Shown here: one piece after another, positions 42,026-55,037 of the stretch | Position numbering within the stretch: position 1 is the stretch's first letter | Layout of the letters: each line of letters starts with the position of its first letter | Assembly (NCBI GenBank): GCA_904063045.1 | Contig: CAJFCJ010000004.1 | Coordinates: forward strand, 799,713-863,712 | DNA length: 64,000 nucleotides | From: Dimorphilus gyrociliatus | Taxonomy: Eukaryota > Animalia > Annelida | Direction of reading: 5' to 3' | Notes under the pieces: model-generated | Databases searched by the model: none | Told to the model about the DNA's origin: nothing | What the model saw: only the letters and a program-made list of their open reading frames with translations | Program-made: the position numbers and the translations under genes

Positions 42026-45000
42026 CAGAAAAAAAAACTATCTTAATTCTATCTACACCTACTTTTGTAACTTAAGAAATTCTTTAATAATCAATAATTC
42101 GTCTATATCTTTACTATAAAATTAATAAAAATTATCCTTTTAGAAATTAAAGGCTTCTTTTACAAATGTAAATAAGAAAGAAAAAACAAAAAAAAGGATA
42201 TCTGATACGGTTATAGTTTTTACAGTTGCGGCCTTTAAAAGGTTACAGATTAATCTGAGAACTTTTCAATTTGACTTGATATTCTATGTTTACGCCATCT
42301 TATTTAGTTAATAGACTACTTAGTAATTACTACTTGGCCATGCCAAGATATCGACAGTTAATCTAGCTCATTATGGGAATTTCCTTGCCAGAAGCGTAAT
42401 TTATAGCAATTGCCAGCAAATTATGGCCTTGGAATAGATCTAATGGAAATTACACGGCAAACAGAAATTTTTATTCAATAGCTAAAAGGTCGTTCGGTCT
42501 AGGTAAAGAGTCAAATATTCTTTTTATCACCTTTACTGTAAATATGTAATACAATTTGAAATCATTAATATCCCCTAACCACTCTCTCCGCCACCTTCTC
42601 TCCCACCCCCATTCCTAGCCCTACCCCTTTTAAATTCTAGTCATTCTTTTCTTTAGTAACAGTTTTTCATTTACATTTTATATTACCCCAGCTTTCTTTT
42701 ATCTCCTTTACCTGCTTTGATTTTAACTATAAAACTTTTAAACACATTTACTACTTTCAATTTTTAGCATTATGGAGAATAATTAATTCATTCCTCTGCG
42801 TATATTCCACCTTTAGTTTATTTCAAACTTTTTATATATTACTTTACACTGTAGTGTAATTGGAATTTCCTATCTTAATACTTAAAAGACGAAAAAGTAT
42901 CTTGGTATGACCTAAATACACAGAGAACGTTCATAGAGCCGAAAATTCCAGGTAAATTGATATTGAAAAGAAAAAAGGAAACATGTTCCTCACTTCTATC
43001 TAACTCCTTCTCCGCTTTTGTCTTTTCTTTCCATCTCTTTTCTTTTACATCTCTTTCACCTACTCTGCCTCTATACTTTTTTATGTACCTTTTCACTTTT
43101 TACTTAATATATATTCATTCATTCCTCTACTTTTACACACACTTGCAATCATTGACAGTTTTGCGCAAAGGTGCACGAATACATCGCCTGCATACGACAT
43201 ACATTCACATGGTGACACGCAAATAAGATATTATAATTTTCTTCCACTTTCTATCTCCCTCTCTCTCTCCTAGGTCTTTTATTTTTTTCTTTTCTCGGCA
43301 CGTTGATGAAAGTACCAATTAACCTAAACAATTGCGCATCTTCCAATTATTAAGAGGGTAGCGTACTTGGATTATTTTTAGATATATCCTAGTTCTTTCT
43401 TTAAAAGGTTATTTAGGCTTTGATGAAGATTTATTTTGTAAAATAGGTAATACAATTAATCACTTGTAAAAAGGTAATGCTTAGAAGGGATTCTCCTAGT
43501 ACTAAATTGTTAAAAACTGTGTATCATTATATCTCATATTAATAAATGTATAAATAATTTATTTAATAGGTTTCTCCATATTTACAATACTCTAAGATGA
43601 ATGCTTTCTTTCACTTTCTTTTTCTCCACCTTTTATAGATTATTTCCATATTAAACAATATCAGAGACGTCTCGCCAAATAATGCATCTGCAGTCGATTC
43701 AATTTTAGACGTTTTAAAGACAGCGGAATTATATTCACCAGTTCGGAACGAGTCGAAAATACTAGATGAGATGACTAACGATTACTTTGGCGGATTAATT
43801 AATGTCAGAATTATTCATTAATCACTTTTTTTTATGTCTAATATTTCTTTATGTCTTTTTTTTATATAGCCGAAACGAAGATTATCAAGTGAGTTATCTT
43901 CAAGGGCTAGCGTTAGTAAGTATATTTTCCGCTTATGCTATTAAATTTTCTATTTAACCATGTTTTATTATTAGAAGTAGTATTATTCAATTCAAGAGCA
44001 ACATCGCTACATATGAATGAATATACAGTAAAAAGCAAACAAACAAACAAACATATAAGCATAGGTACTTTAAAAATACTTTCCTTACATTGATTTAAAA
44101 TAATCAAGTAAAAAGTTTTTTTTTCTAAGAACAAAAAAAGAGGAGATAAGCGTCTCTTCTCTTCTTGTATATAATCTCCAAAAAATCGTTATATTCTTTA
44201 TATATATCTTAACATTTTAGATGTTATATATTGTTTAATTTATATAGTTTTTAAGTAAAAAGGAAACAAAGAAAAGAAGGGAGGAAAAAAACAGGGAAGG
44301 AGAGATTTTTTCCCTCATTCTTCGAATGAGTGCTATTCTTCCGTATACATGCATAGTATATAGGGAGAGAAATTGGTATATTTCTATATAGTGTATATTC
44401 TATATAAGGAGATTAAATTAGAAAAGATACATTATTCTTTAAAAAATGGCTTCTCCTTTTCTCCTCCCTTCTGCCGCCCCCTTTCAGTTGTGTATTGATT
44501 TATGGGGGAAAATCTTACAGGTCGTGGTTCTGCAGCCAAAAAAAATAGAACCTTGCATAATTTTGCAGTAGAGAGCAGTAAACTGCAATCCGGAACCTTT
44601 AAAACGTTTAAGCGTTTGATAAAAAGTCATAAGATTTAATATAATAACGGATTAATCGACCAATTAAGGGTACAAAAACCGATCGGAAATCTCTTCGGGA
44701 TCTCGATGGGCTCGGGGACGACCGTCGTTAATTAGAAAAGAGCAGAGCTATCATAAAGAAGCCAGAGAGGATTTAAAATGCAACGAATCGACTTTCGTCA
44801 TTAAAGCAGAATATACGAATTACGGTTAATCCTAGTTTTAGGCCTACCTTATTAATTTATTCGTACGCTTCGATTAACACTTTAAGAGGGTACGTGAGAA
44901 GGACAATACTTGAGGAAAACGTTCAGCTACTTTTTGTCTGAAAACGAATTCGTTCCAGATGGGTTTAGAGTTGTTTATTTAGTTCGTTTTGTTTGTATTA

Positions 45001-46329
45001 TGTTAGACCGTTTAATATTTGTCTAAGTAATTCTTAATTTGTAGATGGCGCTAGTTTATGGAAATTTTATTAAGAAAAAGTAACTTTTCCAACATTTATA
45101 GCCAATATCAATTGGTTTCCATATTTCATATAATAAATATAGTTTGCAAAAGTATTTTCCATACTTCTGGTTTGTCAATAATGTTTATTTTTTATTTTAT
45201 TAATTAGCTGGAAAACATTGGATAAGCCAGGCAAACGTTCAAGCAAGCGTCATAGAATCTAGTCAATATGAAGAACAATTGAAAAATGATGATAAATGGA
45301 CTTTTGACGTGATAGCACTTGAAAGAGTAACAAAGAAAAGGCCCCTATTACACGCAGGTTTAAAGATACTTCGACGCTTTAACGTCATGGAATTTTTAGA
45401 TATAGATGACATAATAATGTGTAGTTGGTTAGCATTAATTGAAGATAATTATCATTCATCGAATACCTATCACAACTCCTCGCACGCGACTGATGTTCTT
45501 CAAGCTGCAGCCTACTTCTTAGCAAAGGATAAACTTAGGGATTCCATGGAGGTTATTGAGCAGGTTTCAATTTTAGTGGCGGCTATCGTCCACGATATAG
45601 ACCATCCGGGTCGCACAAACTCGTTTATTACTAATTCGAATGGCTATTTAGCAGTTTTATATAATGATATATCGGTACTAGAAAGCCATCACGCCAGCTT
45701 AGCTTTCAGATTAACGAGGAAGAGCGATTGCGTAAACATCTTTCAAAATGTGCAAAGGGACCAATATCGCTCAATTAGAGAAAAGATTATTGATGCCGTT
45801 CTAGCTACGGACATGACAAAACATTTCGATCACGTTTCAAAATTCGTTAGTAGTTTTAACGACAGTGCTAAGCCCTGCTTGGAAAGTGCCGACAGCCGGA
45901 AATTGGTATCTAGAATGCTGATAAAATGCGCTGATATATCAAATCCTCTAAGAAGTAGGAATCTATGCATAGAGTGGGCTAAGAGGATTAGCGAGGAATA
46001 CTTCGAGCAAACAGAAGATGAAAAAGAAAAAGGCTTACCAGTTATGATGGCTATTTTTGATAGGAATTGTTGCAATTTGGGAAAAGCACAAACCGGCTTT
46101 ATTGACTTTATAATTAGGGACATGTTTTCTGCATGGGATGGTTTGTTTTCATTTTATCTTTATTTTCCGGTTATTAACTTTTATCTTCTACTTTCTTTTT
46201 TTTTTTAAAAAAACAGAAGTTATACCAATTCCGGAATTAATAACGAATCTAGAAGATAATTATAAATTTTGGAAGGACGAAGAAGAAAGAATAGAAGAAG
46301 AGAGAGCTCAAGCGGATGAAACGAACTGA
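32893..46329 (+). CDS. PDE8: cAMP phosphodiesterase PDE8 (REC-PAS-catalytic, about 750-770 aa)
   Basis: Exons 32893-32955 (MGCASSVHLSQS, like the PDE8 N-terminus MGCAPSIH), 33086-33160 (probable), 34125-34249, 38335-38529 (HDVIILDRR, REC), 38584-38638, 40898-41386 (DAIEI...VQYVNP...WQG, PAS), 43639-43803 (ELYSP), 43870-43915, 44521-44577 (probable cassette), 45208-46140, 46217-46329. Catalytic motifs YHNSSHATDV, HDIDHPGRTNSF, LESHH, ATDM, KCADISNP, QTGFIDF. Confidence 0.95.
34780..34837. repeat. (TA)n microsatellite
   Basis: 58-bp perfect TA run in a PDE8 intron. Confidence 0.95.
39955..40011. repeat. Compound (GAA)n(GTA)n trinucleotide repeat
   Basis: GAA run switching directly to a GTA run in a PDE8 intron. 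Confidence 0.9.
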
Positions 46330-46865
46330 ACTGTTTTTTCCTCCTCTTTTTTTTCTATTTTTCCTACTTTTATCTATATAAATGTATATGTATATATATA
46401 TAGGTAAAATAGGTCCATATCTGTATATTCTTTTGAATTCTTAATTGGTATTTTCTCCTGAAAAATTTAAATAAAATGAGTAACTAACAAAATAATATTA
46501 ATCTTTTCTCTATATATCCATTCTCTCTTCCTCCCCACCTGGTATCCTGTCTCATTTTTAATAATGTAGATGGCGTTGTTTTTCAACATACCTTTCCTCT
46601 CCTATACAGAAATGATTCTAACATTGCTAGTATTAAAGAAGGTAGCTGATTTGAGGATATTTTCACCTAGAAACATACGCACATATACATAATTATACAT
46701 TTATAGTGAATAAACTATTAATCATTCGAAAAACCATTGACTTCCTCTTCTGTACTCATATCATTTGATATTGAAAACCCCCTAATATTGAATTTATCGA
46801 CCTGCTCAACCACGTTGTTATAACAAATATTAAACAACCAATCAACAAGGGAAAAAAAGGTGAAT

Positions 46866-46875
46866 GTCACGTGAT
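46866..46875. promoter_or_regulatory. E-box GTCACGTGAT (CLEAR-like)
   Basis: Palindromic TCACGTGA about 90 bp upstream of the distal SLC44 start codon; 9 of 10 bases match the CLEAR consensus GTCACGTGAC. Confidence 0.35.
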
Positions 46876-46964
46876 CACTACAGTGTAAATCTTGAAAAAT
46901 AACAGTCGTTCTGAAGGTGATTTGCCTTGGTTTTTGGTTAATAAGGATTATTTGAGATTAATAA

Positions 46965-49900
46965 ATGGGCGAAGAGAATAAAGAAAACTACGGTAAGAAA
47001 ATTGGCAATGTATCTATAAATAAGAGAATTTACGTAGAGAATCTGTTGAAAAAAATTTACAAAGGCGGATAAACATTCCTTCAAGAATGTTTTGTCATTC
47101 GAAATATCCACTTATTAATTGATTAGCTATTGGACTAATAGCATTATATTGCATAACAATAAATGGTATAGGGAATAAACAATATACATATATATATATA
47201 TATATATATAGATGTAATGCACCAAAACATTTATATTAGTATATGCTTGTTTATTGATTTGATTTTAGCTTTAATCATTGTTAAAAAGCGGGTGTTTACG
47301 ACATATTTGATAAAATAGATAACGAAAACAACATACCTTTGCTAATAGCACTTTTAATAGAAATATTTTAAAAATGGCAACTAACCTACTTTTCAAGTAT
47401 GTAATAGAAAAAAAGAGATTTGTTCAAGTAATTCATTGTTCAATTATGAAGTAAAATAAAAAAAATCAATCAATTTTTTTATTCAGTATTTGAATATGAT
47501 TCATTATTTTAACGTTTACTAGGAAACGCCTAGTTTTTTCTTTCTTTTTATTTTCTATTTCTTTCTCTCATCACTGTCAACCATATTCTTTTCCCCTTGT
47601 TAATCAACCTTCGCCCTATTTCTTTCATAGAGGATCTAGTAAACAGGTTATTCTATTATGGTTACAAGCAATTAGTTGTTATATATTTACCATCTGAAAC
47701 TAAGGAACGATCTGTTAACGCGTGCTCTTTGCTTGTTCCATATAGGCTTGATGGCGCATTAGTTTTATCTATTAAAAGTTTGTAAAGTTCATTGAAATAT
47801 TGTTGTAATAGTATTTTCGTTACAATTTTGTGATCTATAAAGGAAAAACGATATAGCTTCTGAGTTAATATTCCCATTAATATTTTCAATATTGATTAGT
47901 TTACTGGCCGCTTTGGTAACAACAAAAACCTCCTTTGTGGAGACTACCTTCTATTTTTAGATTGTTTTCATAATTTAATTCAAAAAGTATCTTTAAACAG
48001 CATTTGTTTAATTGGCAAAGTTGCTTACGTACACTAATTAATGTATATATATATATATATATTTATGGTAATAAATACGTATAATACTGTAAGAAACAAC
48101 TCGAAAACGAACTAGATTAATATATGGAAGTGTTTTGTAAACTAACGTATAATAGGATATACGAATTATACAAAGTTTTTATAATATAGAAAAAGAGAGA
48201 GAACAAGTCTTTTTGTGGTCAGCGTTCGTGCTATCTTCCTTCTTTTTTTCTTTTTAAACAATCATAAAATTTAGCGTCTGTATTCGTGTTAAGAGTATTT
48301 ATATCCATTCTATTCAAATAGTATCGTGTATAATAGTATGAACACTATATATATATATATATATATATATATTAGTAATATACTATTCTTTCTTACTAAT
48401 CTTAAGGTTCAACAGAATGATTAATAATCAATTTTAAAATTTCTTATTATTTTCAATCTGTACTTTTTCTAGTTGCATTTTGTTACGAAAAAAAATATTC
48501 GATTCTTTTCGAAATAACTCTTTTAGCTTTATTATTTTTATCTTTCTCTATTAACTTCGTTTCTATTTATCTTGTCCTTTTCTATGTATTTATTCTCCTT
48601 CTCCTCCTCCTCCTTTTTCTCCTCCTTTAAATTGACTCATTTCAAATGATTTTATTATGGTGACGTGAATAAACAGGCACGTTTGATAAGTAGTAAACAA
48701 TGAATAATAAAAATAGAACATTATGCTATATCCATTCAATATCCTATTAAGCTGACAAGTTTTAACCATTTTTACCTTGAATATATCTTCTCTCTCTCTT
48801 TCCTCTCGCTCTCCCTTATTCAGGAATATGACGAAAGTTGAAGATATCAAAGGTTTTTATGCACCAATTGATTTGTTCATTATGCACATATATAACTGTT
48901 AAAAAGTAGCGTTATTGACGATATGCTACATTCCAAGTGATCTCTTATGTTCGATAACTCAATCTCAAAGTGCATACGTGTGCTACTGTGCGTGTTTTTT
49001 TTCATTTTTAGATCTTAAAATACACAAGTTGCTTCTTTTTTTTATATATATATAAACTAGGCAACAGATGTCTAGTTTATTTTCGATTTTTGACGAGAAA
49101 TTAGCTTAGAAACATTTTCTATCCAGTAAAGAACACTGTTTCAATAAGTTGAAGCATATTTCTTTATATATATCGCATATTAATATATACTTTTTACATA
49201 TATATATATATTAGTATACATACTTCTTTGATAATGAATTATGACGGCTGAAAAACCAATGGAATTAACTGAAAATACAGATCTCTTAAATAAAAAGAAA
49301 TATGGTTTACTAACTTATTACATATCTTTAATAGGGCTTAGTTGATTTCTTTTATTTTTTTAATTAATTACAATAGACATAAGTTTAATTAGTATTTATA
49401 TTTATATATTATTTGAAAATTTTCAGGTGAACCCCAAAAGTTCGATCCAACTTTCAAAGGACCAATTAAGGATCGAGGATGTACGGATATAATATGTTGT
49501 TTACTATTCATAATATTTGTATTAGGAATGGTTGCAGTTTCAATTTTGGGTAAATATATATACTATATAGGTCTATTTATATGATATACTGTATATTAAA
49601 CAATATCTAATTGAAGAAATGTACGTAACAACCTTATATAGATCTCTCTTGGAAAAAAGAAAATATTTTTTTTTTTAACTTAAATAAAGGACAAATATTT
49701 GCTTTGTTACCTACCTAAAAAAATTTTTATAGGTTGAACTTGAAATAGTTAAAGTAAAGCAAAGAAGAACCTGAGAAAAAAAAAATATACCATTGCTATT
49801 CATTCAGAGATTATTGATTATCAATTATCCTTTTTAAAGAATTTTATTTTGCTCTCTCTCTCTCTATCTCTCTGTCTTCTTTATTTAATAAATTATTTAC

Positions 49901-52900
49901 GAAATTGATTTATAAATTTATACTATATGCATTTTTATATCTTCTGATATTTTTTCTATTTTCATATTTGAAAAGCGTTTTCCAAAGGAAATCCAAAACT
50001 TCTTTTATATCCAACCGATTCCGATGGAAATTTATGTGGATATAAGTCAGCTACTAGAGATTTAAGGTTAGAATTCCTTTAATTAAAATGCTCAAGCTAA
50101 AGCTATTTTTTATTCTCTACTGTAGCGATAAGCCATATCTATTTTATTTCGATATGTTAGCTTGCGCTAAAGTGGGAGCTGGTATAAGTTTATCTTCTCT
50201 CGTTTCCTTAGGATGTCCTACAACGCAGGTTCGTTAATATTTTAATTGTAGTTTTATCAATAATTGAATGATGAATATATGAATGAACAAAAGAAATATT
50301 TAGCTAAGACTTTGAACAGTGGTAAATGAAAAATTTATATATAAACATAATATAAAGATTTCTGTTAGATATGTGTAGAGCATTGTCCAAGAAAAGCTTG
50401 GTCATGGATAGGACAATATACAAAAGAAAAGTTTGGCGGATCAAAATCTGGACGAAGTGATATGATTTGTAAAATTCCAAAGGATAATAACTTTTATAAG
50501 CAGGTTTCTGTTCTTCACAAATAAAAGAAAGAGAGAAAAAACACGATAAAGAAAAAAGGAAACATTTTCTTTTTTTTTAACTGTGTTTTTTCTAAAAATT
50601 ATTTAAATTAACCCATCCGCCTCTCTGATTCTCTATTGGCAAAGCAGCACTAGCAAACAGCACTGAATGCATATTTTATTATTTTTTAATGGAAAATGGT
50701 TTTAATAATTATTAGATAGAGGAAAAGTTTTTTATAGATAAAATATTACCGTGTAATCATTATTGTACATTCTATATAATTATATATTTATGTATGGATG
50801 TGGTAGTCCTGTTTCTCTTTTGAGAAACAACAAATAAACAAATAGATATATATTCTATTGATTGCATGTGGAATAATGGGATAACTTGTACATTATTATT
50901 TGCAAATTACCATTAGGTGTGCGTTGAAAAATGTCCCAGTAAGTATTGGGCGTGGCCTGTTCAATATGGAAAAGAGAAAATCAACAGCAACGACAAGTCG
51001 GGAAGGTCTGACATGATTTGCCATTATAGCATTGGTGGTAATACAGGAGATGCAAGACTAACTAACGACGTTGGACCCCTTAAGTTTTTTACACTCTTCT
51101 ATCCTCTTTTATTTACATTGTATTGCACATTTCGTTTTTTCATTGCTATACTATTTAACTTATATAATTAATGGCATTTATCTCTCCTATTCCCCTATCA
51201 TATCTTATTTCTGAATATTTCCTATTCTTTTTAAGTAATAGTCTTTTTTCTTCGTAATCTAGGATGTCAAAACTTTGGTAGAAAACGAAAATTGCGCCCC
51301 CTACTATGTAAAATCAGAACCACGTAAATATATATATTATCTTAAGGGAATGAATGTAAAACTGTAATTTGTTCTATTATTATTAGTAATTGGACGTTGT
51401 ATACCATCAATTTTTGGGGCCATAAAAGACAAAGCTGCAACCATTGTTGGTGACGGACAAGCTATGGCAGATGCTGCAAATAACACTGTCACCTACGGTT
51501 ATCTAGAAAAGGGATCAAAGTAAGAGTCTTTATAATTAATAAATACTCGAATTTGAACTATACAGTATATTTCAATTTCAGATATTTAGCGTTATTTTTA
51601 TCGGCAAAGGAATATGGAGTAAAGATTTATCAAGATGTTAGGGCTTCTTGGTGGCTTATACTGGTGTAAGCATTTAGTTTAATTATTACAAATATTATAA
51701 TATTCTAAGATTAACATAATCATTTCTTCTCGCAAAATAGAGGATTAGGATTAGCTATGCTTTTATCTTTCATTTGGATTGTTCTTATGAGATGGCTTGC
51801 TGGTGTTATCGTTTGGTTAACAATTCTATTATTTGTTGGTCTCTTTGGCTTTGGTAAGGGTTTCTATTCTATGAATATCATGTATTAATAATAAAAGTTT
51901 AAGATAACTTTATCGAATAATAAGAATAATAAACAGGGAAGTTATTAATCTTTATATATACTTCATAGCAACCGGATATTGTGGGTATAGATATTGGCAA
52001 ATGAAAGATGATCCAGAACATGAAGGAAGTCTTGAATTTTCAACAAATTTATCGTATTATACGAATTTGTCAAAAACTTGGCTAGCTTTGGCAATCATTG
52101 CTGGAATATTTCTTCTCATCATCTTAATTCTTCTAATTTTCTTGAGGAGTCGTATAAGGATAGCTATTTCTTTAATTAAAGCCAGTAGCAGGTCTAATTC
52201 TGAATATTGAATTATTAGTAATATTTTAATGTTTTCATACGTTTTAACAGAGCTATCGGAAATATGGTATTCACTTTATTCTGGCCAATCATACCATTTC
52301 TATTACAGCTTTGTTTATTTGGCTTCTGGATTGCTGCAGCTCTGTAAATTAACTTGTCTAACCTCTTTAAAAAATGCAAATTATTAAATTATACTTTTGC
52401 TTCTTCTTAGATTTTTGGCAACAATGGGATCAGCTAAATATGCTGGAGCAACGTTTAATGGATCACAATTCGATGATGTGACAAAGGAATATACAGTTAA
52501 AATTCAAGAGGCTGTCGGATGTAATTCTTCGGTAAATAAAATATATATAAATATTCATAAAATCTTTAATGAATACTAATGAATCTATCCTTCCACCTCC
52601 CCTTCCCCCATCCCAAAAAAAAATAGGCAACTGGAGCGCGCGAAAAAGCCTGTCATTTCCTTGGTTATACAGAGCAATATACCGTTTATTTACAATTTTT
52701 CATGCTATTCATGTTGTTTTGGGTTATGAATTTTATAATTGCTTTGGGTCAAATGACATTGGCTGGTTCGTTTGCCTCCTATTACTGGGCTTTCAATAAG
52801 CCTTCAGATATACCAGCTTTCCCTGTTACGGGTTCACTTTTAAGGACATTACGGTAAAGGATAAAATTAAATTACCAGGTGTGAATTGATAATTCATATT

Positions 52901-53372
52901 TCAATGATTATTTATAGTTACCATGTCGGCACACTTGCATTTGGCTCTCTAATTATAGCAATTATTCAAATTATTCGAGTATTCCTTGAATATCTGGATC
53001 ACAAATTGAAAGGGAAAGAAAATGCGGTTGCAAAATTCTTTTTATGCTGCTTGAAATGCTTTTTCTGGTGTTTAGAGAAATTTATGAAGTTTATAAATAA
53101 GAATGCATACATTCTGGTAATTTCTGAATTTTTCTTTTTTACTTAAATAACAAATTATAATCAAACTAATAATCCATCATTTTGTAATTTAGTGCGCAAT
53201 TTATGGAAAGAATTTCTGTATTTCTGCGAAAAACGCATTTTTCCTAATTATGAGAAATGTAGTAAGAGTTGTAGTTGTTGACAAAGTTACTGATTTTGTC
53301 ATGTTTATCGGAAAGCTTGTGATTGTTGCTGCAGTAGGTAAGGATGAAATAAAAAAACAAATTTTACATATC

Positions 53373-53411
<39 letters not shown>

Positions 53412-54543
53412 GTATAAATATGACAAACAATATGAAATATTACTTACAATTCATAAAAACAAAAAAAACAGGAGTTCTCAGCTACTTTTTCTTCAGTGGT
53501 GAACTAGCAGATAGGATACCAGTGAATAAAATATCAGATTATTTAAAAGAGTACAATCCATCTTTAAATTACTTTTTTATACCCGTCATTGTAAGTTCAG
53601 GCAAAGATATCTATCTATCTGTCTGTCTGTCTATATTTATATACATAAATATACACTACAAAGAAGATGATTCTTTATATAATAGTTAACGAATTGATAA
53701 ATAACAGTACATCTTCTATTGAATATGTTGTAATGGGCACAATAGCTTTGTTCTATAGTTCACTTATTATATACTAACTTTCCTTATTTCGTGGTTTGTG
53801 GAACTAACCTAGTTTTATCTATATAGTATTTTTTACTATCTTAACCTTTATATTTTTACTTGCACATTCACTTTTTCTTTTAATCAACACAAACAATTGT
53901 AACATTTTTTTGAATAGCTATTGGATCTTTCTTTGTCCTTAGTGGAGATCTTGCTAAATTGGATATACCTCTTGCTTCTAATATACCTACTAATAAGAAT
54001 GTTCAATTTGTACCTATGATAGTGAGTTAAGAAAAAGCGACATCTGCTGATTGAAACTATCATCAAAATTATATATTCGATTATTCGATTAAATTTAACT
54101 CACTATTTTTTATCTCTCTGTCTCTCTGTTTATTTATCTCTATCTATCTCGAAATCTGTCTGTCTGTTTTCTGTCCTCCTTTATTTTTATCTTTTATCAC
54201 TTCTTTTATATTTTAGAATTAATTAAGTCAATTCATTAACTTGCTTACATGTGTACTAATATTTATTTCTATCCTTATAGATTATCATCATTGGTTCATA
54301 TGTGATAGCGGCAGCATTTTTCAGCGTTTACTCTATGGCAGTTGATACGTTATTCTTATGCTTCTGTAAGTAGAAATATTAGTCAACAAGTAAAGGAACG
54401 CGAAAATTTAATTATCTATTCCTAAAAATATAGTGGAAGATTTGGAAAGGCATGATGGAACACCTGAAAAACCATACTACATGTCAAAAGATCTAATGGA
54501 TATTTTAGGAAAGAAGAATAAGATGCCAAAGGAAAAGAAATAG
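46965..54543 (+). CDS. SLC44A2: Choline transporter-like protein, CTL2/4/5 (SLC44A2/4/5) type, paralog A
   Basis: First exon 46965-46992 ([10 protein letters not shown]) or 49241-49304, then 49427-49549 ([24 protein letters not shown]), 49976-50066 ([11 protein letters not shown]), 50126-50228, 50369-50503 or 50917-51069, 51263-51323, 51387-51519, 51582-51665, 51741-51853, 51969-52191, 52251-52344, 52411-52531, 52627-52853, 52918-53116 ([12 protein letters not shown]; [23 protein letters not shown]), 53193-53337, 53472-53590, 54281-54365 (AVDTLFLCF), 54434-54543 (EDLERHDG...PYYMS). The symbol is family-level; 1:1 orthology is not established. Confidence 0.95.
49241..49304 (+). other. Alternative first coding exon of SLC44 paralog A
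   Basis: [21 protein letters not shown]+G with a phase-1 donor (gtttac). It ends in YG like the distal first exon and joins exon 49427. Confidence 0.7.
50369..50503 (+). other. Duplicated exon copy a (probably mutually exclusive)
   Basis: [45 protein letters not shown]; phase 0-0, 135 nt. Confidence 0.85.
50917..51069 (+). other. Duplicated exon copy b (probably mutually exclusive)
   Basis: [51 protein letters not shown]; phase 0-0, 153 nt. Confidence 0.85.
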
Positions 54544-54708
54544 GCAATAAATATGAAGAAAAGGGAAACATTATTTGAGATAATTTACCAGAACTGCAGA
54601 TTTTATGACTCAATTATGTTTTTATTGTTACTATAAAAATTTTTTGTAGTCAGTTTTCCCTTCACATTTATACAAAATAATTTCATATTAGTATAATCAG
54701 CTAAAAAA

Positions 54709-54741
<33 letters not shown>

Positions 54742-55037
54742 GAAAGAGAGAAAATGTATTTGTCACAAAAACGTAATATAAAATCGTTTAAAAAGAGACA
54801 GAGATTTCAAAATACCTACTTAAATGCCATATTTAAAGAGTTTATATTAGGTGCAATACATTTTTCATAGTATTTACTCTGTGTGGGAATATACTCTCAT
54901 CGTATAAAAGATATTTACCTTCTATATAATTTTTAGTATTTTGCAACAAGTTATTCATTTTTGAATTTTTAATAGACTTAAAGAAAAGTTTATAAACAAT
55001 GTGTACGTTGGCGATACATATCTAATTAAGAAAGAGA

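Noticed and set aside
42407-42502. Exon-like segment in a PDE8 intron with a strong donor (ctag|gtaaag)
   Set aside because: It is open only as phase 1-1 while the host intron is phase 0; in phase 0 it ends in TAG.
47662-47889. Minus-strand ORF with PSSLYGTSK, like the YxxxK motif of extended SDR enzymes
   Set aside because: No Rossmann GxxGxxG motif or other SDR sequence nearby, and attempts to splice onward hit stops.
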